Notes under the pieces: model-generated
Told to the model about the DNA's origin: nothing
The model's input: the letters and a program-made list of their open reading frames with translations, nothing else
Database searches by the model: none
DNA from: Octopus bimaculoides
Lineage: Eukaryota
Reading direction: 5' to 3'
Assembly (NCBI RefSeq): GCF_001194135.2
Contig: NC_068982.1
Location: forward strand, 36,133,167 to 36,197,166
DNA length: 64,000 nt
Position numbers and translations under genes: made by a program
Part shown: positions 27,801 to 38,403 of the stretch, piece by piece
Numbering within the stretch: position 1 is the first letter of the stretch
Layout of the letters: every line of letters begins with the position of its first letter

Positions 27801-30800
27801 AATTAGGGAGAAAAGTAAGTCGATTACATCAATTCCAGTGATCAATTGGTACTCATTGACCTCAAAAGGATGAAAGGCAAAATCAATTTTGGCAAAATAT
27901 AAACTCAGAATGTGAAAATGGATGAAATGCCACTAAGTATTTTGCCTGGCATGCAAACAATTTGCCACCGCACAGCCTAAAGTAATGAAGTATTAATAGT
28001 TTACATAGAAAAATATTGATTTCTTATAAAGGTAATTCAAATATTAAAATATATTCCTTCATTTAAACACATGATACCTTTTCAGCTAGCACTCATCACC
28101 CATTTACATCTCGTGTCAACATACATATGTCTCCGACCTATGTCAGCTAAAGCCTTTAATACATGGCTATTTTCTTACTTCCCTTGCAGAGGGAAGGAGA
28201 CTTCTGTTTCTCTCATTTCTTTTTAGTTTCCACAAATCTTCCACTTTTATTTCCACATCTTACTATGCTGCAGTAACACCTCTTACAAATGCTTTATATA
28301 AACTGCCTTCATCCAAAAAGAAATCCTTTGTTGCTTACTGATTATTCAGACGAAAGAAACTATCAGCTGTATCTAATGAGGAGTTCAAATATTTTGTTTC
28401 ATGGGTATATGTTTTGGTAAATTATTCCAACAAATCTATAATATCTGAAGTTTAGGTTTTATTACAGTCTGTCAGGGATTTTGCTACATTTCTGAGGTAC
28501 CATTTCTTGAACTAAGTGTACAGTACTGAATTTCTAACTATACCTTTCCTATATTTTGAGTAAGCTCACTTTTAAGATCACAAAGGAATTTTGTGTTAAT
28601 CTCATTTGCCATGCTAAACCTGTTGACTGTAAACCATGCTTCCATGTTTGGAACAATTTCCGTGACTGTTTGATAGATTTCGTTTTGAGAACCAACAATA
28701 TGGAAAGTAAAGTTGTACCTTGTAGGATTTGAATTCAGGAAATAAGGTGACATAATTAAATATCACAAAATGTTTAATAATAAAAAAAACCCTCTCTACC
28801 ATCAACCAGAAAAAATTTTAAAAAATACATATATATGTTACCTTGGTGCCATGGAACTTGTACAATTTTAGAATTTGGAATTTTAGGACGAAGGTTCCAA
28901 ACTGGATGACCAGAAATTTCTGGTCCCAAAATCTGTTCAGCAATATTCAGTAATCTTTCATTGGACCAAAGGTTTTGAAAACTCTTTTGTGATAACAAAT
29001 TTGTAAATAAAACAAAGGGAATAATTTTAGAAGTAAAAAAAGGTTGGATATATTTTTAAAAAGGGTGAATGTAATGTTTTAAAAATACATAATTGATAAA
29101 TTATTTACTTTACACAAAGGTGAAAAAAATTGAATCAAACATCAAATATCTGTATTTTCTGATGGACTGCTTAATGGATGCAGTGATGTCAATTCAGAAA
29201 AGAAGTAGTCCTATTAGGTTATGGGATACATCTTCTTCGCCATCTCTCTTTCTCCTCTCTTTTCTCTTTTTTCAGCTGGGATAGCTGCATGTCTCCTTTA
29301 CTGCAATACTCCTTTTGCCGTCCCTCTATCATGCTCTTGTCTCTCATCAACTTACACAAAGCCATCCCCATCCATATTACTTCCCTTTCAGTTGAAGAGG
29401 TCTTATCTTGCACTGGTGATCTCACTGGTGCTGGTGCCAAGTAAAAAGCACCCAGTTCACTCTGTAAAGTGGTTGTCAGTAGGAAAGGCATCCAGCTGTA
29501 CAAACCATGTCAAAGCTGGCAAAATTGTCAAACTCATTCCAGCAGGAAAAGCGAACATTAAATGATGATGATGATAATGATGACGATGATGATGATAAAA
29601 TGGAAGTTGTGATGATTATCATCATTTTTTTTAGATCTTCAATGTTGTGGGAGTACTTAAATGACAATCAAAAATTAAATATAAGACATTAATTTTTTTT
29701 TAAATTGCAGTTTGCACTGTCATTTACAGGTTTCCTATGAGTCAATGTTTGATTGCTTTTACAATAGCGAGAGTGATAGGAGAGTGTTCTTGTAACTCAG
29801 GGCAGAATAAGTACCAACACAATACTTTGTTTGAAGAGCACTGGTTTTCTGGGATTCACTCTAAAGCTTGCATCCTTTGTTAATACTGCATTTGAAACTA
29901 TGTTGTTGGGAAGTGAACTTTTTAACTACATACATGCACACATATACATACCTACACACACATATACATACACGTACATATACTCAACCAAAATAGAAAG
30001 CACCTATGCTGGGATCACATAACATGTGGCTGTGTTGGTGCTATATAAAAAGCACTCAGTACACTCTGTAAAATGGTTGGCATTAGGAAGGGCATCCAGT
30101 CACAGAAACCATGCCAAAACAGATAATTGGAGCCTGATGTAGCTCTTCTGCTTACCAGCTCCTGTCAAACTGTCCAACCCATACCAGCATGGAAAACAGA
30201 CATTAAATGATGATGATGACAAATCTCTGTTATGGTATTGAGGAGTAGTCTTTTTTTGGCAGTTAACACTAAATTTATATATATATATATATATATNNNN
30301 NNNNNNNNNNNNNNNNNNNNNNNNNNNNNNNNNNNNNNNNNNNNNNNNNNNNNNNNNNNNNNNNNNNNNNNNNNNNNNNNNNNNNNNNNNNNNNNNNNNT
30401 ATATATACAGGCTTGTACTAGACAGACCGCTCGTAAATCTACCGGAGGAGAAGCTCCCAGGAAGCAACTGGCCACCAAGGCTGCCCGAAAGAGCACCCCA
30501 GCTATCGGTGGTGTGAAGAAGCCTCATAGATACAGGCCTGGAACTGTTGCTCTTCATGAAATCCATAGATACCAGAAGTCTACTGAATTACTTATCCGTA
30601 AACTGCCATTCCAGCATTTGGTTCATGAAATTGCTCAGGATTTCAAGCCCAATCTTCATTTCCAGAGTTCAGCTGTAATGGCTCTTCAAGAAGCTAGCAA
30701 AGCTTACCTTGTTGGTCTCTTTGAAGACACCAACTTGTGCACAATCCACACCAAGAGAGTTACCATCATGCCAAAGGACATCCAGCTGGCCAGGCGTATC

Positions 30801-33800
30801 TGTGGTGAATGAGCTTAAATTCCATATTGAAGAAAAACTCAAACGGCCCTTTCAAGTGCCACCTCCATTGTCATGAGAGTGATTCCATCTTCTTAAGTGT
30901 CAATCTAATGCACCCAGGTTGCTTGTTTTTTTACCTTGTCTTCATGTTTTTTTCATTTGTACCATGTATATTATATTCTCATAACAGCTAATTTACTGAG
31001 CAGTTTCAAAACCCATTGGTTGAGAAAAACCTTGGCAATTATCAGGGATGGCTGGAAGGAATGATATGAAATGAGCTCTTTGCTACTGGATGTTTTCAGG
31101 TCTAATAGTTTTTAGGTCTAACAGCTGTTGGAAAAAGCCAGAATGAAATGCATGGAAGAAATCACTCTGGTCAACACCCAGAGAGCAAAAGATTTTTGAT
31201 TCATTGGAGTTATGCTCCTTGGATTGGGAGCAAAAGGGCTATCATGATAGAGGAGATCTTTGTCTGTATGATGGGGTCAGAGCTGGTTTGAAAGTAGGGT
31301 GAGGTAGAGATATGGGGGATGTGAGTGGGGAGGGTGGAGAGGGTTAATTGTAACATCATGTGTGGTCAAGTACATGTCTATGTGTGTGTCTGTTTATATA
31401 TGTAGCAAAGCTTAATTCCTCAGATTATAGTGAGAGGAAATAACCAATGGAGGTGTAGTTGAAACCATTGAGAACAGGAGTAAAAAAAACTTTATTGTTA
31501 TAAATTAGGTTGGAGTCTTTAGTATTAGGTTGGAGAGTTCTTTAGTATAATCTTTTTCTCAGTCAAGCAGAGCCTGTACTTCCTACTGCTGCTAAAGTAA
31601 GGTTTACCCATTTCTAGCTTACTCGACTTGATGTCAAAATATGCAGTCTTTTCTTTTACTATCCATATATGCCTTGCTAGAGAGGTGACATACTGAATGA
31701 GGACTTGTGGACTGGATACTAAATGAGGACTTGTGGACTGGATATTAAATGAGGACTTGTGGTTGTTGAATCAGGTATTGAAGGAACCTTCTATCACGCC
31801 TACATATTTCTGGTGGACAATGCTGAGAATTCTATTGTAAATGCAGACACAAGTAATAAAAGTATAAAGAAGTTTCCTCTCTGACAACAGCTTCACGAAA
31901 GAAATATTGATTTCAGAGATTATGTCAGGTTGGTTGATTAATATGTTGTAGATGAAAAATGTTAATAAAAAAATGTCAATGAAGTCATTATTTACAGGGA
32001 TAAGTTCATCACCTTAAAACTTCAACTATCATGAATTTTCAATTTTTATATGATTACATGAAACATGAAATAATTACCTTGGTCAACTTTTGAGATTTGA
32101 AGATGAGAATAGATGCTCCTGAAAATTCCTTGTCTATCTCTGTCAATCTTTGAAATAATCCACAGTCTTCATGAAGGTCTAGAAATAATGTTTTGAATGT
32201 TTTTGAGTGATAAAACAAATGTGATAGTAGAGGGAACATTGACAGACAAATTACAAAGATTTGAAGATGTGTAAAGAAGGAACAATACAACCACTAAAGA
32301 GGATGTACAAAATGCGTAGAGCTTAAACAACATGTTTATCTAACACATGCAGTAGTAATGAATAAATGATTCTCAAATACTCAAAAGTATGAGCATGTAA
32401 AATTATCATATTTTCAGAAATAGCAGACAGAATATGAGAGAAAAATGTTATATTCCAAAGAAAACTATGTTAATAATATTATTGATTCATTGGTTTTTAA
32501 AAATGCTAAAAGGAAAAATGTATGAAAATGCAAATTTGAGTAATTATATGGCAGACATGCCTTGAGTTGCTCACATAAAATATTGTTTAGAAACTAACCG
32601 AGTAAATGATTTATAGAAATTTCTAAAATTGTATTACTGATGTTCCATAACTTATTTACTCATCAATGCACCATTGAAAATGTTACTAACATGCAGTATA
32701 ATCTTCATGATGGCTGGGAATGTTGGATATCTGAGGGACATGAGGTTGTTGGTCTATATCCTGTCGCAAATCCCTATATTAAATCTCAAATATAGTTCAT
32801 AAAAAAGCTGTCACAGGCTAAAAATAGTTCCCCACTGTAATATTGATAACACTGCAAAATTCATGAGTGTTTTATTAATTTGCAGCGGGTGTAGTTTTTT
32901 AGGGGTATAAATTTGAGAAGGATGGGCTGTGTCACTATCTTGCCCTAGGTACATGAAAGTAATAATGGTTATTAGACTCCTGATGTACCTAGGATAAATC
33001 ATTTAAGTTGTGGGAAAATTTTATTAGTATTGCAATCTAATTAAACAGTTGTTAGTTTCCAATCTCTCTTCTATTTATAGGAGAGTAAATAGATTTTATT
33101 AAAGTATCTGTTTTAAATGTTTTCTTTTTAGTAGAGACATAATAAACAGCAATAAAATTGTTGTTCATATATCCAGTTAGTAAGCTGGCCAATTGCATTA
33201 TTGAGAAAGGTGTATGGCAGTGCTACTCAAAGTGGTGGCTTGCGGACCACCACCAGTCCATGAGTCATCAGCTGCCGGTGTGTGGTGAGTTTCCAGAAAA
33301 GAAAGAAATGTAAAATGCTTATAAAATGCTTATGAAATGCTTATGTAATATTGTATTATTTGTTTACAAAATAAATATAAGATAAAAGAAATTGTCCACT
33401 TTTATTGTATTCATTATATATATTGTTTCTGGTATAAATTAATATTACTAAGAAATACTCCTTTCTATTATAAGCACAAGGCTTGAAATTTCGGGGGAGG
33501 ATGAAAAGCAAAGTTGACCTCAACGGAATTTGAACTCAGAACGTAGTAATGGGTGAAATATCGCCAAACATTTCGTCCAGCGTGCTAATGATTCTGCCAG
33601 CTCACCGCCTTCTAAGAAATATTACCGCACATTGGGGAAAAAAAACTGCTGGTACGCCACATCAGATAGTTTGAGAAGCACTGATGTATGGTATCTCTTC
33701 AATGATTAATTTGTTAATTGTTTCAAAGTACCGAGCAATAAAAAGAAAGAGAACTGGGAATAAAGACTGAGATTTGTCTAGAAATGAAAGCTGAAGTGTA

Positions 33801-36800
33801 CATGAAGATCAGTGAAAATGGGTACAATATCATAAAGAGTAAAATTTATTTATGAGTGTCACTTCACAACTAGTAGCATAATTACAAAGTAAATACAGAT
33901 ATATTTAATAGTGCCATTAAAACAAAAAGTAGTGTTGCTCAGAAAAAAAAATATATATTTGACAACTATTCTGTATACTTTGATGGAAATTGCATGAACC
34001 AACAAACACTTGATGGTTATTTTGGCTCTTATTGAAATGTTTACCAGTTATCGTGTAGTTTTTACTTTCCTCTGTGTTTTAAGTGGTTAGCCACTTGCAA
34101 ATAGGAACTTTTCATATCCTTTTATAACTACTTGCTAGAATTAAATAAGTAACAGATGAGTTTAAAAAAAGAGAAAAAGAAAGGAGTAAGTTAGAAATAA
34201 AAGTGCATGGAATAGTTTAACAATCAAATTTGTTTTGTACAAAATTTGAATTTATACTGTATTTCAATAAAGTGGTAGGGAAAAATTTGCTACCTTGAGT
34301 GGGAAATTAGTATGTAAGGTGCATGAAAGAAATCAATCTTACTAAAACATACCACTGATTTTTCCTGCTTTATACAGTTTCTGTGCCAGATTGTCAACTA
34401 GGATTTCAATGTCATTACAACATGGTTGAAGTTCTTCAGGTGTGAAAAGGTCATTCACAATAAGAAAACCCTGATATTAAATAGAAGAGAATGATATATA
34501 ATGTTTTAGAAAGCAACGATTGAAAGGGTTATATAGCACAAGTGATTAGAGACAGAGTTAACCTTGATGAGATGCAGTTTGGATTTGTTAGGAAGAGGTA
34601 CTGATGCCCTGTTCCTAGAAAGAAAACTGTAAAACTTGACAAAAACTTAGCTGCTATACCGAGTATTTGTTGATCTTGCAAAGGCTTTTAATAGGGTTTT
34701 ATGCTCTGTAATTTGGTGGCTGTTAAAGAAGGCTACATGAATGTCATGTGAGGATCATGAAAACTGGAGTGGGTGGCAAAATAAGAGTGAACAGTGACTA
34801 CAGCAATGAATTTAATATGCAAATAGGGGTTCATTAGGGCTCAATCCTCAGTCACATTCTCTTTACCTAAGTTTTTCAGCCCATTACAAGGGACATGGAA
34901 ACAAATCCTAGAATTGACAGGCCTCAAAGTAAACTTAGCAAAGATTAAAGTTTTAGTTAGAAATAAGACAAGTCTCTGATAACACTAAGGAAATAGCTAC
35001 ATATGATTTGCAATAAAGGAGACATAGAAATTCTATATTGCACCCAGCGTAAACCAGGGATACACAAGAGATGTAGTGAGATAACAGGTTAACAAAGAAG
35101 GTGAACTTCATATAAGATGGATGCACAAAAGTAGTAAACACTAAAAGTACTGTGAAACAGATTCTCTCAAATGCCTGGGCAGCTCTGTAGTAGTTGACAG
35201 CTTTTGTTATCTAGGTGACCAAATTAGCAGTGGAAGTGGGTGTTCTGAAAGAACAGTGGCCAGAATAAGAATGACTGGAAAAAGTTCAGGTAATTTTTAT
35301 TTCTTTTGGTTACAAAGTTTCTCTCTCAGAGTAAACGGCAGACTGTATGATGTTTGTTTACAAAATATGATACTGCTAGGTGAACCATGGACATTAAATG
35401 CAGATTTGTGAAGGTTTGAAAGAAACAAAGTGAGCATACTCCATTGCATTTGTAATGATAGTATGTATGAATGATGGGACAAAAATGAGCCGAGAAAAAA
35501 AAAATGGATATAAGAGGAATCAGATGTAGTGTGCAAGAAAGGAAACTGAAGTTGTATGGACATGTGATGTGTAGGGAAGATGACAACTGCATAAAGAAAT
35601 TAAACACACTCACAATAGATGGAAACCGTGAAACAGGGAAACAGACATAGGAAGACATGGGATAAAGTGAAGTCTCCATCTACTGCCGTTCACTTTTTGG
35701 ATTTCCTTTCATCTCTCTCTATCTCTCAGCTTGTTCTTACTCATCTTTTATCACTTATTTTCTCTCCATTCATCTTCTTGTCTATTTATTGTGCCAAGCA
35801 ACCTTTGTAAGTAGGTATGGCATTAGTTTGTCTCTGATCCTGTCATCTCTCTGATACTCTTATTCACTACACCATACTTCCCCACTGACAATCCTTATCA
35901 CTTTGTCCCGTTAAGATACCTATACATGTGGGACTACATCAGATTTGTTTGAAACAAATATGCTCTACAATCACCCATTCTGTGTCATCAGTCATCACTC
36001 TGTTTCATCCAACCAGTCATTACTGAAATCTGCTGTCTGTAACTCTTACTCATTTCTCTTACTATTCCTCTCTAGAGTTCTCTTTCATAGTAGCAAACAC
36101 ATAACTCCCATCATGTCTCCCTTCCATTACTCACACCTCTTTCTCTCTACATACAGTTCCTCCCTTCCACCACTCACCCTGGTTCTTTTTCTATTATCTG
36201 CTATTTACTATCTTGAGTATATTGTCTTGAATGAACAGAAATCTTATTAGCTTGTGGGCAATCTTTAACTTTGAGGAGTACACGGCAACCTAACTAGTAT
36301 GAGTGCAACAATTAAATGCAAAATGTGCAGACTGTAAATTGAATGGTAGACAAGTAAAGGTTGCATAAGATCGAGAGATCCTTTTAGTTTGGTGGAGAGT
36401 ATGACAACCCTTCTAGTGTTAAGTGTTGCAATAAAAGGTGGCCAGTACACTCTGTAAAGAATTTAGTTTTAAGAAGAGCATCTAACAGAAACCATGCCAA
36501 AAATCGAATGTATGAGCAAGGCATGATTCTTTGACCCTCTAGAAAGGCAGCAACTCCTGTTAAGGACTGACATGAAACATGACAACACATCAAAATCATG
36601 CCAGTAGCGATAACAAATGTAAAAGTGATGATGATGATGATGATGACAACGATGACAATGATAATGATGACGATGACAATGATGATGGTAATGATTGGCT
36701 GTGCTTCTTTTATAATTCAAATTTTCACAGTAAATAACTAATACCAGCCTTTAGAATGATAAGTTGGAGTGATACCAATTTTCAAAAACTTTTTTGATCA

Positions 36801-38341
36801 ATGACAGGTATCACATAAACAGTATTACATAAGAATCATACCCTTTTTACACAGAAAAGCAATTAGGATTATAATGATGAATGGATATTGTAAAATATAT
36901 AGGAGAATTAATTTACCTCATCGAAAAATTTCTTTATCTGTTCTTCTGTTAAATGACCTGGTTTTGAAATTTTAGGTTGAGGTGGAATTTCTGTGAACAC
37001 ATTTGAGTAGAGTTCATTATTCTGGCCAAGAAGAGATGATTTGGGGTCAGTTGATTCCATGAGAAAAGCGTTCTCTGTATGTGCTTCTTTAGTTATGGTT
37101 GCTATAAGATCATTCGTGATATTTATTTTTCTAACTCAGTTGTATATGTTGTTATCTAAGATATAGTTTGGCAGGTAAAGTTACTTTGACATGTCTTGAG
37201 TCCAAAGTTTAATTAGGTTAACAGATTACAGCATCTCCTCTTCACTCACCTGAAAAGTGGGTTATAAGTAACAATACTCTCTAGTTATTTATGTTAGTTG
37301 ATCATATCATCTCCTTATGTAACTATAATATATATAATTATCAATTGTGAAATTAATTTATCTAGCTTCATTACAATTATTTAAAAACAGCCCCCCCCCC
37401 AGTTACCTCTGATAAAGGCATGACATTCATGTCTAGGGTTTGAAGCTTACTCACATTTGCATTTTAAAGTGACTGATTTACTAATTAGTGCAAGCATATA
37501 AATAGTATGATAATTTTGAAATCTTAGTTGTGGAGACTTGTTATTGAATTCATTTAGCAGTGTTTTTTTCAAAACTTATTTTCCTTCACCTTTAAAATAC
37601 TTGAGCTCTTCACTCCCAGTGGAACCTAGACCAGCAACAACTTCTCATCATTATTCTCAACTCAGTCCTATCTTTTCTGCATTTCTACAGATAAGTCCCT
37701 GCATTATCAGCTCTGCCTCAGTATCCTGTCTCCAGCTATTTTTAGGGCAACCTCCCTTCCACATCCCTTGTGGGTTCCAGGTCATGTGTTTCCTTGAGGT
37801 AAGGCTTCTTTCTTCTGGGTACTGTTGGTTTTGAATAATCATTGATGCTTCTGTAACTTTGCTTTTTTTCCAAGTATGGGTGTTGGCCTTATGCAAGCCT
37901 GTTTTTACCTCTGAAAAGAAGTGGACCATATTAGTCTGGTCTCTACCCTTTGACCTGTCTAGCATAGGAAACCCTGCTAGGAGCTTGCACACTACTGGCA
38001 TAACTCTTACAGTCATGGAGACATACAAACCATTGCATTACAAGAACTAGACCTTGTGGTGGCCTTCTTTAAAATAGTGTATTCTGTTAACATTTGTGTG
38101 AAACCAGAAAGCAATGTCTAAAAAGGTATCATACATGCCTTATAAGAGATCAGTTTTCTTTTGTCTTTTTTTTTCTTCCTGTCTTTCTTTTTTTGTTCTG
38201 TTTTTTTCCCCCCTCTAACCAAGCCTTCAAAAATTCATCACAGACCCACACTTACTTACATATACATACATACACACATATAGATTCAAAATAACAAATA
38301 ACATTCCCTTCCCAATTCAACTCTAAATTTTTTCAACTAAC

Positions 38342-38403
<62 letters not shown>

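Noticed and set aside
28090-28770. Gag-like degenerate reading frame ([10 protein letters not shown]..; ..[15 protein letters not shown]) in a PhyH-like intron
   Set aside because: It looks protein-like, but about 11 stops in about 160 codons is what random AT-rich DNA gives, and there is no firm motif. It needs TBLASTX/HMM support.
30513-30812. 99-aa ORF as a functional novel H3 variant
   Set aside because: It starts at an internal GTG (V35), lacks the ATG, has a premature stop at R134, and has lost many DNA-contacting arginines in a CpG-decay pattern.
31691-31762. CRISPR-like repeat array
   Set aside because: The units are directly adjacent with no unique spacers and the context is eukaryotic, so this is a minisatellite.
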